NCBI GenBank assembly: GCA_030390025.1
Contig: CM059432.1
Location: 75,456,001 to 75,520,000 of the forward strand
Length of the DNA stretch: 64,000 bases
Direction: 5' to 3'
From: Squalus acanthias
Taxonomy: Eukaryota
Shown here: piece by piece, positions 25,968 through 39,306 of the stretch
How the letters are laid out: the number at the start of each line of letters is the position of its first letter
Numbering within the stretch: the stretch's first letter is position 1
Program-made: the position numbers and the translations under genes
Notes under the pieces: generated by a model
What the model was told of the DNA's origin: nothing
The model's database searches: none
What the model saw: the letters and a program-made list of their open reading frames with translations, nothing else

Positions 25968-26720
25968 CCCCCACTCCCAGCCATTGATCCCCTCACTCCC
26001 AGCCATTGATCCCCACTCCCAGCCATTGATCCCCACTCCCAGCCATTGATCCCCACTCCCAGCCATTGATCCCCACTCCCAGCCATTGATCCTCACTCCC
26101 AGCCATTGATCCCCACTCCCAGCCATTGATCCCTCACTCCCAGCCATTGATCCCCACTCCCAGCCATTGATCCCCACTCCCAGCCATTGATCCTCACTCC
26201 CAGCCATTGATCCCCACTCCCAGCCATTGATCCCTCAATCCCAGCCATTGATCCCCACTCCCAGCCATTGATCCCCACTCCCAGCCATTGATCCCCCCAC
26301 TCCCAGCCATTGATCCCCACTCCCAGCCATTGATCCCCACTCCCAGCCATTGATCCCCTCACTCCCAGCCATTGATCCCTCACTCCCAGCCATTGATCCC
26401 CTCACTCCCAGCCATTGATCCCCACTCCCAGCCATTGATCCCCACTCCCAGCCATTGATCCCCACTCTCAGCCATTGATCCCTCCACTCCCAGCCATTGA
26501 TCCCCTCACTCCCAGCCATTGATCCCCACTCCCAGCCATTGATCCCCACTCCCAGCCATTGATCCCCACTCCCAGCCATTGATCCCCTCACTCCCAGCCA
26601 TTGATCCCCACTCCCAGCCATTGATCCCCACTCCCAGCCATTGATCCCCACTCCCAGCCATTGATCCCCACTCCCAGCCATTGATCCCCACTCCCAGTCA
26701 TTGATCCCCACTCCCAGCCA
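25968..26720. repeat. Minisatellite, about 20-bp unit CCCCACTCCCAGCCATTGAT, about 37 copies
   Basis: Directly visible tandem array with 20-23-bp length variants. Confidence 0.97.
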
Positions 26721-27697
26721 CCAATCACTCAGCAGATGTTTTTCCAGGATTTCCGCAGTTATTCCTCCGAAGTTATGGCAGACGATCAGGAGAACCCCTA
26801 AGGTTTACGAGCCTAACAGGAGAAAATCCTATTTTTGTCACACACTATGTTGGAATCAATTAGAATTTTGCTTTTGATTCCCCCCCCCCCCCCCCCCAAT
26901 TTTCTCCTTATCTCTATTTTACTGAAGTTAGTGTTTCATGCTGGAGTAAGGGGCCAGCAGCCCCTTAGTACCTGACCCTAACGACCATCCTTCACATATC
27001 AACCTAGAGACAGAGCGGCCACTTTTCATCTCGCTACTGCCCCGATTACACCTGTAAATGGGGCGATAGTAAAACCAAATTAAGAGGAGATAAATGCTGA
27101 CTTACTGTTGGATGTCCGTCCGCCTGTTCTGATTTTCAGTCGGACCTTAATATAGGTGGCGAGCGGAAACAGGTGGGACCTAACTAAAATATTCAAATGG
27201 GTCAAGTGACAATGTCGGGACCTCCAAGGCCAATTTAGTATCAGTCAGTGTTGTCACTGCTACTTCCTCAACCCACCCACAGACCATGGGCAGTACAGAT
27301 CAGGAGACGGCCATTATAGCGCTAGTTAAAGGGATCTTTTAGCTGATTCAGGGAAAGCTGGAATCATGTCTGGCACTCTTTTTTCTTCAGTCTCTAGAGA
27401 GTTTTGAGTCTTAAAAAGCTTCCATGAGGTCATCTCGTTGCTGCTGTGTGTGCTCATAAATTTCCCTTCCGTTTAACTCCCCCAGCCCTCCACTTCAAGG
27501 TACTGCTGCCCCTCTGGATTCCCCCCCCAAAACAATGAGCTGTCTACACACAGTGTGATTAGCACTGGCAGCTTACCTCTTGTATTTAAATGAGGCCCAA
27601 TCATCAAAATCAATCGGGTTTTTGACCGAAGCCTCGCCCACCATCTACCCGATCTGTGCTCCATAGCATAATTGACTGAGTGTCGCTGAATTATAAC

Positions 27698-28030
27698 GAA
27701 GAAAGAAAAAAGACCCAGGACGTCACAAAGCACTTCAGAGCCAATGAAGTCACTGTTTTAATGATGTTGGTTGAGGGATAAATATTGGCCAGGACACCAG
27801 GGATAACTCCCCTACTCCTCTTTGAAATAGTGCCATGGGATCTTTTACACCCACCTGAGAGGGCAGATATCTCATCCAAAATACAACACCTCTGACAGTG
27901 CAGCACTCCCTCAGTACTGCACTAAAGTGTCAGCCTAGATTTTGTGCTCAAGTCAACGGAGTGGGACTTGAACCCACGCCCTATCTGACTCAGAGGCGAG
28001 TGTGCTACCAACTGATCCACGGCTGACACT
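27698..28030 (-). mobile_element. Deu-domain tRNA-derived SINE (SacSINE1-like), internally deleted
   Basis: tRNA head with B box GGTTCAAGTCC; Deu core AAAAGATCCCATGGCACTATTT; L2-like tail. Confidence 0.85.
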
Positions 28031-28629
28031 TACTTGATTGGCAAAGTCCAACTGAAACCCAATCATGTATTCTCCCAGTAGCCACATGCTTACTGGCTAT
28101 GGGCTGAAATGCGAGCTATTTTTCCCCCTATTCCTAGCCCAGCATATTCACCCACTGCTTACCTGGCCTGAGATTGACAAACAGCTGCACAGACAAGGGA
28201 TCCAACCTGTGAACTTCTTCCCAGTGTGTATCAGTGTCAGAGCCACATGACATGCTGCTTTTTGTCCACTGAACTGTCTTTAAGCTTTTTGATGCTGTGA
28301 TTGCTCTATAATTGTCCAGATGTTTGAATACAAATTATAGTACGTTGCATTATTATACAGTAAAGTTTGGATAGTTTTTTGAAGCAGTGATGTCTTTGTC
28401 TCTTTTATTTTTATTATGAATTTCCTCTGCTCTCCTGAAAATGTTGCTGCTTATCCCAGGGGATGTGAGGCCATTTGTAGCTTCTGTATCCCAAACCCAG
28501 ATGAGATTTGCAAACTCTAGATTGAATCTTTGACTATCCTAATCTGCATGGCTCAATAAGTTACTGGATAAACTCCCTGAGCTATTATGAAAGTCTAGCC
28601 TGTATCAGTTGATAGTTTCATTTTCAACT

Positions 28630-30231
28630 CCTGGTATATGTGCACAAATCGTTGAAGGTGGCAGGGCAGGTTGAGAAAGCGGTTAAAAAAGCATATGGGA
28701 TCCTGGGCTTCATAAATGGAGGCATAGGGGGAAAAATTCAGTTGGTTGCGCCTCCCGTTAGCACCTTAAGAGGGCGCTAATGGGGCGCAAATCATCTAGC
28801 GCCCAGGCGCGGCGATGTTTGCGCTGCTCGTGAAATTAACTAGACACTTTGTGGTGGCACTAAACACTACCGCCACGATCTCCTGCGCCGGCAGATCGTG
28901 ACGTCAGTCGAGTGCGCAACGCCCTGGTATCGCCCCGGAGCAGATATTGAGTGGTGCCCCCTGCCTTACCGTCTGACGCTAGCAACGACATGTTGAGGGG
29001 AGCATTTTGCAGTCATGAAGGGACTGGGGGAGCGCTATTTAAAGGCGACTGCTTTCTGCCTTTTATTGTTGGTGCCATTTTTGAACCACGCATTCTGAGA
29101 GAGAGGGAGAGAGTCTTCTAGAGAGATTCAATGCTGTGTGAAGGAGTTTTGGGTACTGAGCAGCACTTTGCAGGTTCATTTTGATTTGCCATTCCTTGTA
29201 TCGATTTAGAAGAGACTGTGGGGGCTGCACTCTGAGCTCTTTCCCTGGTACTCTCCATTGTTCTTTCCGGCAGATTTGATGTGCAGGTCTCTCCAGGCCG
29301 AGATTCAAGGCTGCAATGAGCAGGATGTGGATGGAAAGCAAGATCAACCCTCCCCTTTAAGAACTGGCCCGCGCCATTGTGTCTGTGTTCCATTGCTGAC
29401 TGACATCGCATGAGCTTCGCCAGCGCTCTGAGGTAGCGCCTCGCTCCTCGGCCTTTGCGCCTTAAGACAGGTGTGAAGCGCCTGATTTAGCGCTCCAATC
29501 ACCTCCAGGGGCGATAAAACTCAAGTTTGCAGTCGGTGGCAATAATTAGCGCCAGGCGCTAATCTTTGCGCCCGGACGATAATTGCGCCCCAAATGGGGC
29601 GATACTGAATTTCTCCCCCATAGAGTACAAAAGCAAAGAAGTTATGATGAACCTTTATAAAACACTAGTTCGGCCTCAACTGGAGTATTATGTCCAATTC
29701 TGGGCACCGCACTTTAGGAAGGATGTGAAGACTTTAGAGAGGGTGCAGAAAAGATTTACATAATGGTTCCAGGGATGAGGAACTTCAGTTACGTGGATAG
29801 ACTAGAGAAGCTGGGGTTGTTCTCCTTAGAGCAGAGAAGGTGGAGAGGAGATTTGATAGAGGTGTTCAAAATCATAAGGGGTCTAGACAGAGAAGATAGA
29901 GGGAAACTGTTCCCATTGGCAGAAGGGTCGAGAACCAGATGACACAGATTTAAGGTGATTGGCAGAAGAAGCAAAGGCGACATGAGGAAAAACTTTTTTA
30001 CGCAGCGAGTGGTTAAGATCTGGAATTCACTGCCTGAAAAGGCGGTGGAGGCAGATTCAATTGTGGCTTTCAAAAGGCAATTGGATAAGTAGCTGAAGGA
30101 AAAAAATTTGCAGGACTACAGTGAAAGGGTCGGGGAGTGGGACTAGCTGAAGCGCTCTTGCGGAGAGCCGGCATGGGCTCGACGGGCCGAATGGCCTCCT
30201 TCTGTGCTGTAACCATTCTATGATTCTATGA
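28630..30231 (+). mobile_element. CR1 3' fragment with (ATTCTATG)n tail, split by MITE copy 2
   Basis: VEKAVKKAYGILGFI|EYKSKEVMMNLYKTLVRPQLEY; same family as 59750-62130. Confidence 0.9.
28727..29619 (+). mobile_element. Harbinger-type MITE, 893 bp, copy 2
   Basis: Same TIRs as copy 1; TSD ATA; removal restores GGCATAGAGTACAAA (GIEYK). Confidence 0.93.
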
Positions 30232-30822
30232 ATCATTGTTAGATATAAGATACTAAGACAACTAAATCGCAGCAGTTAACTCAAGTCTACTTGGAGGAAT
30301 TACAAATCCACTATCATCCCTATAAATCTAAAATACAATGTAAACAGAAGTCTGAATACACCTACATAAATCCTTGTAGTTTACATGCAGATTTCCCATG
30401 TGTTTCAGCATCATCAGCTCCATTTACCCTGGTTAAACCCTCATTATTTGGAGATTTCCCATGAGTGTCAAAATGATAATTTCTGTTGCACTGTAATAAT
30501 GCAATATTAACCCTAAAAGCCCTCAGGTAATCTAGTTTTTGGGGAATATGGGTCAGTAGTTGTGATATCTGACTGTCCAGTTCAAGTTATGATTGCAAAA
30601 ACAGCGTTTGGAGATCAAGGAATGCAATGTGTGTCACATAAATTAACTACAGGCACACAAACAGTGCAGGATCCTTTGCTTGGGTACTAAAAACTAAAGA
30701 TGTCACTGTTAAGAAGCTGTAACAAAAAATGCAAATTCTTCATGATAATTGCTGACTTTATTCATGCAGATGTTGTAATTAGGTTGGGTCATTTAAACTT
30801 AGCCTTTTATTACAAGAGATTC

Positions 30823-31020
30823 GGGGCAGATTTTAAGGCCTACCGCCTGGCTGAAACGGAGCAGTAGCATTCCAATACTCATTCTTCGCCAGCAGTCCGC
30901 TGAATGCTAATGAGGCTCGGCCCTCAAAATGGACTAGGCCTCCCACCGGGACTCGAGGTGTCAGTGGCCACGCTTCGCCAGCTGGCCGCCCAAAATTTGG
31001 GCTGGGACAAAATCTACCCC
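30823..31020. mobile_element. Short Harbinger-like MITE
   Basis: TIR GGGGCAGATTTT / AAAATCTACCCC; TSD not conserved. Confidence 0.6.
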
Positions 31021-31219
31021 ACATATTTTTGGAAGAACACACCAATAGGCTAAAATGGCACGGTGCAATATTAGTAATGAATACATTAACATGTTGGTAT
31101 GAAACTCCTTTGTCCAGTATTTTAATGAAGGTAGTATCATGAGCATGTTATCATGTTTGTTACTTTCAGACAAATCTGCAATCTGTTCTATTTGATGCTA
31201 TAAATATTTTTTATTATCT

Positions 31220-31795
31220 AAAGAAAGAACTTATAGCACCTTTCACATACTCGGGACATACCAAAGTGCTTCACAACCAATGAATTATACATAGAATTTA
31301 CAGCACAGCAACAGGCCATTTGACCCAATTGGTCTATGTCGGTGTTTATGCTCCACATGAGTCTCGATCAATATAACCTTCGATTCCTTTCTCCCTCATG
31401 TACTTATCTAGCTTCCTCTTAAATGCATCTATGCTATTCGCCTCAACTACTCCATGTACCTTAGAAAGGATATATGGGCCTTGGAAGGAGTGCAGCACAG
31501 ATTCACCAGAATGTTACCAGGGCTCCAAGGGCTAGATTATGAGGAGAAGTAACATAGGCTTGTATTCCCTGGAATATAGAAGGTTAAGGGGTGATTTGAT
31601 TGAGGTTTTTAGAATTTTGAAAGGAATTGATAGGGTAGATAGAGATAAACATTTTCTATTGGTGGGGGAGTCGAGGACAAGCTTAAAATCAGAGCCAGGC
31701 CATTCAGGAGAGAAGTTATGAAACATTTCTTCACACAAAGTGTGGTAAAAGTGTGGAACTCTCTCCCACAAAAAGCAGCAGATGTTAGCTCAATC
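31220..31795. mobile_element. Cluster of SINE tail (-), CR1 3' UTR (-) and CR1 ORF2 fragment (+)
   Basis: AAAGAACTTATAGCACCTTTCAC; ACAGGCCATTTGACCC; YSLEYRRLRGDLIEVFRIL. Confidence 0.7.
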
Positions 31796-32472
31796 ATTTT
31801 CCCTTAGGCTGTGACTGTTAAGTGCCCCAGCAGAGGGACACCTGAAGAACTTGGTTCAGTGGCCTGACAACAGACGCCCATGGATCAGAGTGTCTGCGGG
31901 ATTCTGGGGGCAGGCTGAAGACATGGAGACAAGTCATACATTTTTTTAAACCTGCCCCACCCAGGATGATTGTAAGCACTAGGGACCTTCTCCAGCAGCC
32001 AGAAGGCCCCGATCTAAGTGGTCAAAGGCACAGCTACAAACCTTTCAGGCCAGCAACTTTACTCCAGTTTCCTCCTGGATCTTCTGATGATAGGTTTAGC
32101 CAGGGGATGCCTGGAGTCTGCTTGGCCCATGCAAATGATCCAAGAAAGGAAAAGTGCATGTAGCTGTCTCCTCTTCAGTACAACACATCTGAGGTGCACT
32201 GTGCCTTTTGGGCACCCGTAGGTGAAAATCAACCCTCATTTTCTACACAACAAACTCAATATTCAGAGAGTCTGCATTTTTCAAAATGACCTTGTAACGG
32301 GCGATTCCCAGTGTAATGTTCTCAGGTAACCTGAAGTGATTTCAAGAGGTTAATCTGATTGTGGGGTTCATATCCTGATTGTAAATCATTAGAACTTTGC
32401 CTTAGAAGTTCATATGTAATCTAAATCTCTCATTAGATTATTGACTTGTAAACTACTTACAGATACTCATTA

Positions 32473-33546
32473 GGGGCAATGCTAGCCCCAGAATGGGTTT
32501 GGGTCGGGTGGGATGTTAAAATGTTAAAAATTTGAAACCCAAACTCAACCCGCCTCCATCCTACCTACTTCCATTTTTAACGGAGGCGGGACGGTGGGGG
32601 CAGGGGCGGGTAGGACTGTGTATATTAACATAGAAAACAAATTGAAAATGAATCTTGATAGCGTATAATGAGTTTAAAAAGATGAGTGGATAGTCACTAT
32701 GGGGACGATTTTGCCAGCCCTGGGGAGGCGGGTATGGAGGTAGGACTGCCGGGAAAATGGCAGAATCTGGGGGTGGGTGCCCAACCTGCCCCCAACCCGC
32801 CTCCATGCCATCTTGCCAGGAGGCGGGTAGCCGTCCCGCACCGGGTCCCATCTCCTTGGAGGCAGGAATGGATTACAGCCACTTAACTGCCTACTAACAG
32901 GTAGTTAACAGGCAGAAAATAGGCTTATCACCATTTTGTCCACACAAGTGCGGGCTTCCTGAAGGCTCCGAACCCCGCCAGGGTCACCGAGACAAGTAGT
33001 GGGTCTGCGGGGGTCGGAGCGGTCCAAATGTGTGCTGTGGAGGTAAGTGATGGGTGCAAGTGTGGAGAGGTGAGTATGTGAGGTAAGTGGAAAGTGTTAG
33101 AAAAAGTGTACTTACCTTTGTTTCTTCCTGCAGGCTTCAGTCGGTGGGTATGTGGAGAGTCTCGCACCTCCGCGGTAGAGATGACAGATGGCCGTTGCAT
33201 TCTCCAATGCAGCAACCATCTCATTTCTGCAAAAGAAAGAGGTTTGATGAGGTCTTGAATTCAAGACCTCATCAAACTACAGAGAATGTCACTGTTTGAC
33301 AGCTTCACAGAGCTGTCAAATGATAACAATTCATCTGTCAAAAATTTTTGACAGATGAAACGCCATACGTTGACGTTCTCTGCAACTGGCTTTCTCTTAA
33401 TTGGCCTGCTAAGCCCGCTGGGCGGGCTTAACAAGGTCAATCAAGGGAAAATAGCGTGGGTTGGCCAGAAGTTGATGGAGGTGGGACTAAAACCCGACAA
33501 GTGGGAGTCCCGCCTCCAAAAGCTCCCCATTGGCAAAATCAGCCCC
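32473..33546. mobile_element. Harbinger-like non-autonomous element(s)
   Basis: GGGGC... start, internal GGGGACGATTTTGCCA at 32701 pairing with TGGCAAAATCAGCCCC end; shared CCCGCCTCC subterminal motifs. Confidence 0.6.
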
Positions 33547-34602
33547 AATGTTACTGTTTTCAAAGCAGATCGAGAACTTACTATTCAAGTGGATGAGCAA
33601 TGACTGTGCTTCATTCACAGTATCTTCAGAAATGGCACATACTAGCTCCAGAGAATTTAAGATGGATTGCAAAAAGGCTTTTAATCCTTCCACAAACTGT
33701 ATTGTGGGCTCTACCACAGCCGAGATTCTCCTCTTTGGGGTGGAGCTGTGCTGCGGCGGGACTTCCACCCACCCCTCTGTTTCTGCCTCAGCCCCGATCC
33801 AGTTCCCTTGGACAGGGTTCATCAAATATGCACGGCGGGCTCCTGGCTGGATTCCCACTGCCAAGAGAGAACCCAACATCGGCCCTGAGGGAAATGGCAG
33901 CGGAGCTGCAGCACCACAAATGCTGAGGACTGAATTAAACAGCAGACACTGATAGAAATGCAGCGTTGTAGGCCTCAGCAGAGATGGAGCCCAGCACAAG
34001 TAAGTCCTGGCAGCCCAAGGAAGTGGTGGCAGACGCGATGAACAAGCGATACTTGCTCCAGGGACCTGGATACATGCCCCCACCACCATTTGCATGCGGT
34101 GGGTGGAAAGGAACAGCCAATAGAGGTCCGAGCGTGGGCAGGGAGAGGGCACTCTCAGTTGAGGCAGTGGTAGGTCTTACGACCGGAATTTTCTCTAATG
34201 CAATCCCGCCTGATTTCGAATAGGATACATCTCCTAATGCAAAAAACTGCATCATCTTCCCATTATTCCAAAGCTAAGCAAGCTTTAAAAAGATAAATCA
34301 GAGCCATAGAATATTGGCACACTCAAAGGCAACTTTCTGTGACTGATTATTGATGTTTATTTTGGACAGGCTGTCGTTCATTTTTAGGGGTACTCACTGG
34401 GTGAGGCAGTAAGGGGTGCTTGAATTTGTTATGGTGGCATTGGGATATAACTACTTAACGATCTGTACAAAATAAGCCGTACTGCTAATGGTTCAGAGAA
34501 GAGAAACATGGATGATTTCAGGCCTTAGGCCTGAGTAACGATCTAGAATTAATTAATGATCTTACAGTAAGAGAGCATCTTGCAAACAGTGACCATAATA
34601 TT

Positions 34603-35347
34603 GGCCCGTAATTTCCGATAGTAGGCTTCCTTCGTGCGGATGCCTCCTATCGGAAAAAAACCTACGCTCTTACCTGAGGGATCCCGAGGTTCGGACACTT
34701 CCGCTCCTGGGCCTTTCCACAGTCGAAATGCGCAGGGCCCACGTATCCCAGGGGCGCATGCGGTTCACAAGCGTCCCTGGTATCACATGGGCCAGGCCAG
34801 CCAATAGGAGAAGGGAATCTCCCTTCATACTTTTGACAGATAGACCTATCAAATCACCCCAAAAAGACACTAAAACATTAAATACATAAAAAAAAAACAC
34901 GTTTTTAAAATGAGTTAAAATTACATTAAATTAAATATTTTAAACAAAAATAAAATTTTTTGAAAAAAATAATTAAAGTTTTTTACGGGGCTAAAAATAA
35001 ACTTACCTTTTTTAAAAGTATTTTTAAATTATAAATGAGTGAAAAAAAAATTCTTTTTTTACTTTTTTCAACTCTTATGCTGGTAAAAGCAGGCCTTACA
35101 CCTGCTTTTACCAGGCGTAAGATTTCTAAGGGTTTTCAGCGGGCGGAGGTTCTGCAGAAAGTGGAACTCTCTGCCCACAGAGGCCCTTCTCCAGGGCAGG
35201 CGTACGATCTATCAAGAGCATTTCTGACAGTTCGGAAATGCCGGTTTTCAGCGCATGTGCTTCGCATGCCTGAAACCGGCATTTCCGATGTCCCTACGGG
35301 TGTGTACACAGCTCGTACACACCCGAAGGCATCGGAAAATACGGGTC
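34603..35347. mobile_element. Harbinger-type MITE with AT-rich core
   Basis: TIR GGCCCGTAATTTCCGAT / ATCGGAAAATACGGGTC; shares CCGGTTTTCAGCGCATG with 24743-25486. Confidence 0.82.
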
Positions 35348-35350
35348 AAT

Positions 35351-37318
35351 ATGATAGAGTTTGAGTTTAAGTTTGAGAAGGAGAACAATCACACACAAAC
35401 CAAGTTTTTAAACTGAAGTAAGGCTGACTTTAAAGAAATGAAACGTAAACTGAACACATTAAACTGGGCTGAGGTGTTAGCAGGTAAACCACAGAAAGAC
35501 GGTGGAAGGTATTCAAAGAAGTATTTAGTACAATACAAGACCAATACATACCTCTAAAGAGCAAAAGTTCTACTTGTACAGTTAAGCAACCATGGTTACA
35601 TATGAGGTAAGATGCAGTATAAAGCTAAAGGAAGTGGCTTACACAAAAGGAAGAAGGAAGACTTGCATTTATATAGTGCCTTTCACGACCTCAGGACGTC
35701 CCAAAGCGCTTTACAGCCAATGAAGTATTTTGAAGTGTAGTTACTGTTGTAATGTAAGAAATGCTAAAGAAAAGATGTAATCCAGTGGACTGGGAGATAT
35801 ATAAAAAGCAACAAAGGGACACAAAGAATATGTTAAGAGCTGCAAAAAGGGAATACAAAAACAAAACTTATAAGTAATATAAAGGCTAATAGTAGAAGTT
35901 TTTATAAATATATTGAGAGTAAGAGAGTGGCTAAGGGAGATGTGGGCCCACTAAAGACAGACGCAGGTGATACTGTAATAGACAACAAGGTAATGGCAGA
36001 TTTATTAAACAATACTTTGTATCCGTTTTCCAAAGTAGAGGAAGAGGATAAAATACCAGTGTATAATGTCACTCCATTATTTAAGAAAGGTGGGAGAGTG
36101 AAACCAGGTAACTACAGTGCCACCAGTTTAACATCTGTTGTGGGGAAGCTACTACAATCTGTCATTAGGGATAGGGTGACTAAGCACTTGAGCAAATATG
36201 AGCTGATCAGAGACAGCGTGGCTTAGTTAGCGGTAAACCATGTCTGACTAATCTAGTTGAATTTTTTGAGGAGGTTACTAATAAGGTAGATAAGGGAGTG
36301 TCTATGGATGTTATCTATATGGACTTCCAGAGGCATTTGATAAGGTTCCACACAACAGATTATTAGCAAAAATGATAGCGCATGGAATTGGAAGCAGCCT
36401 TTTGACTTGGATTGGTTGGGAGGTAGGAGACAGATATTAGGGATAAAGGCTTCTTTCTCTGAAAAGTGGTGTTCCCCAGGGATCTGTGCTGGGGCCTCAA
36501 CTGTTTACCGTATTTCTAAGTTTGCAGATGACACTAAGTTAGGAGGGACAGTAAGTTGTGCAGATGGGAGCAGGACCTTACAAAGGAACATCGATAGATT
36601 AAATGAGTGGACAAAACTGTGGCAGATGGAGTTCAATGTAAGCAAGTGTGAGGTCATCCACTTTGGACCCAAAAAAGATAAATTGGAGTATTTTCTAAAT
36701 GGTGAGAAGCTAGGAACTGTAGAGGAGTAAAGAGATTTGGGAGTCCAAGTACACAAATCATTAAAAGCTAGTAGACAGGTTCAGTTTTGGGCACCGCACC
36801 TTAGGAAGGATATATTGGTGTTGGAGGGGATACAGCGCAGATTCACCTGGGCTTAGAGGGTTAAATTATGAGGACAGGTTGCATAAACTTGGCTTGCATT
36901 CCCTTGCTTATGGAACATTAATGGGTGATCTGATCGAGGTGTTTAAAATGTTAAAAGGATTTTATAGGATCGATACCAAGAAACTATTTCCTCTGGTGGG
37001 GGAATCAAGGACAAGAGGGCATAATCTTAAAATTAGAGCTAGGCCGTTCAGGAGCAAAATCAGGAAGCACTTTTTCACATAAAGTGTGCTAGAAATCTAG
37101 AATTTTCTCTCTAAAAGGGTGTGGATGCTAGGACATTTGGAGCTTTCAAAACTGAGATAGATAGATTTTTGTTAGGTATGGACATCAAGGGATAAGGAGC
37201 AAAAGTGGATCAATGGAGTTTGGAGTTGAGGTGCAGATCAGGCATGGTTTAATTGAATAGTGGAGCATGCTCGAGGGGCTAAATGGCCTACTCCTGTTAA
37301 TGTTCCTATATTCCTATA
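35351..37318 (+). mobile_element. Decayed CR1 ORF2 with 3' tail; SINE tail inserted at about 35652-35762
   Basis: [32 protein letters not shown]; (TTCCTATA)n end. Confidence 0.85.
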
Positions 37319-38418
37319 AAGGTTCCAAATCATATGCAGACACCCTGCTCAGATAAGCCAACAGCCTCACCCTCCCCAATGCTCACAGTTCTGTTCATGC
37401 CACTGACATCCAGAGCTTCTTGCTCTGCTTGTGTGAGGGCTATAATGTTCGTACTCCACCCTCCTGTCTTTTTCCTCTCCTTGGCATTATACGCTGTCTT
37501 CTCCTGCAGAAGAGAGGGTGTGAGTTAGTGACTGTCTGTTGAAAAGGTAACTGTTGATGTGTGGGGCTTGTGCATATAGTGCATGTGGTGAGAGCTGGAA
37601 AAGAAGCAAGATGGATTGAGGATGGGGAGGTGATGGATGTAAATCCAAGTGCAAACTGTCACAGTTCCCCATTCAAATCACCCAATTTTATTTTAAATTG
37701 GTTTTAAATCAGGAATCGCTACCCTTCATTTACTGTATGTTTATGTCTACAGTTTAAGTGATAAATTGTAAGAATTGCGATGCCAGACGGCTGACAAGAA
37801 GTCAGACGATTTGTCAAAAATAATTGTAATGTGCATTTGAGTTTCACTTTGCTGTCCTCAAGGCAGGATTTATTCAAACGGAGTAAATTGCAGTCACTGA
37901 AATTATTATCAAAACAGCATTGTTTGGGGCAGTTTGTAGTGATTACTGGTTCATTGTATTCCATTATGGGATAATGAGCACCCAGGGCCAACAATATCTA
38001 CAAAATGATGTAATGCACAATGGTGTTGCTTTGAGCAAAGGTTTCACTTAACCAAGCCTAATGAGACCATTGTTACATGTAAAATTGCTGCATGTCACTT
38101 TTATCAATTAAAAAGATAGAAAAACACAAGTGAGCCCAATGTCTGCTTATTAATTGCTTCTAATAATTACACGCTAGATTTGACGAATACATAATTTTAA
38201 CTAATTTAAAGGTTTATTTTGTCTGATAATTCTAAACAAAACCATAAGTATTTAAGGTGGGGAGTGAGAAGGATCCATTCGATTGTGTTACAGGAGAGAA
38301 GGAAAATGTTATTTATCCACTATTTTATTATGCAGCTCAAGCTGCACGCTGGTAGAATGGAGTTTAGGTCTGCGCAATTTTGGATACTTTACCTTCAAAT
38401 AGACATTGAGATGTTGGA

Positions 38419-39306
38419 AATAGAAACAGACAATGCTGGAAGTACTCAGCAGGTCAGGCAGCATCTGTGAAGAGAGAAACAGAGTTAACGTTTCAGGTCG
38501 ATGACCTTTCGTCAGATCTGGAAAAAGTTCAAGATGTAAAAGATTTTAAGCAAGTGCAGAGGCAGGGAAAGGGGGGAGGGGAGGAAAGAACAAAAGGGAA
38601 TGTCTGTGATAGGATGGAAGGCAGGAGAGATTAAATGACTAAAGGGATGATGGTGCGAGGCAAAAGGAGATGGTAATGGGACAAGTAAAGAAACAAAAAA
38701 TGGGTCTAGAAGAGGTGTAAATGGAAATAGCAGAATCATCAACAGATGCCATCTGAAAAAATGGGGGCAGAGGTTATGAAATTTTTGAACTCAATGTTGA
38801 GTCCAGAAGGCTGTAAAGTGCCTAATCGAACGATGAGGTGCTGTTCCTCGAGCTTACGTTGAGCTTCGTTGGAACAGTGTCAGAGGCTGAGGACCGAGAG
38901 GTCAGAGTGGGAGTGGAGCAGAGAATTAAAGTGACAGGCGACCGGAAGCTCAGGGATTGAATGGAGGTGTTCTGCAAAACGGTCACCCAATTTGCATTTG
39001 GTCTCCCCAATATAGAGGAGACCGCATCATAAGCAGTGAATACAGTATACTAAATTGAAATAAGTACAAATAAATCACTGTTTCACCTGGAAGGAGTGCT
39101 TAGGGCCCTAGACGGTGGAAAGAGAGGAGGTAAAAGGGCAGGTGTTGCATCACCTGCGCTTGCACGGGAAGGTGCCATGGGATGGGAAGGGTGTGTTGGG
39201 GATGAGTGAGAAGTGGAAGAGGGTGTTGGGGGTGAGTGAGGGTGTTGTGGAGGGAACGGTCCCTTCGGTTCGGAATGCTGAAAGGGGAGGGGAAGATGTG
39301 TTTGGT
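38419..39306 (-). mobile_element. Penelope-like element 3' fragment (GIY-YIG endonuclease remnant plus terminal region)
   Basis: Minus strand VYCIHC..CGLLYIGETK..LGDRFAEHL..HFN..RKLEEQHLI..LQPSGLN; 9-bp TSD GATGTTGGA (38410-18, 39307-15). Confidence 0.88.
38483..38520 (-). ncRNA. Minimal type I hammerhead ribozyme motif in Penelope terminus
   Basis: CTGACGA-A-AGGTC-ATC-GACCT-GAAA-CG-TT: CUGANGA and GAAA cores, helix II, palindromic ACGU helix III. Confidence 0.7.

Noticed and set aside
25788..26711. GINGWEWGSMAGSGDQWL repeat ORFs; superficial CRISPR-like look
   Set aside because: Translation of a 20-bp minisatellite; no unique spacers, no cas genes, eukaryotic context
27955..28030. tRNA gene
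   Set aside because: tRNA-derived head of a SINE, continuous with the Deu core
33487..34152. 221-aa ORF with helical-looking segment and GTAAGT donor near 33580
   Set aside because: Spans repeat-like GC-rich sequence, no convincing acceptor, no recognised homology
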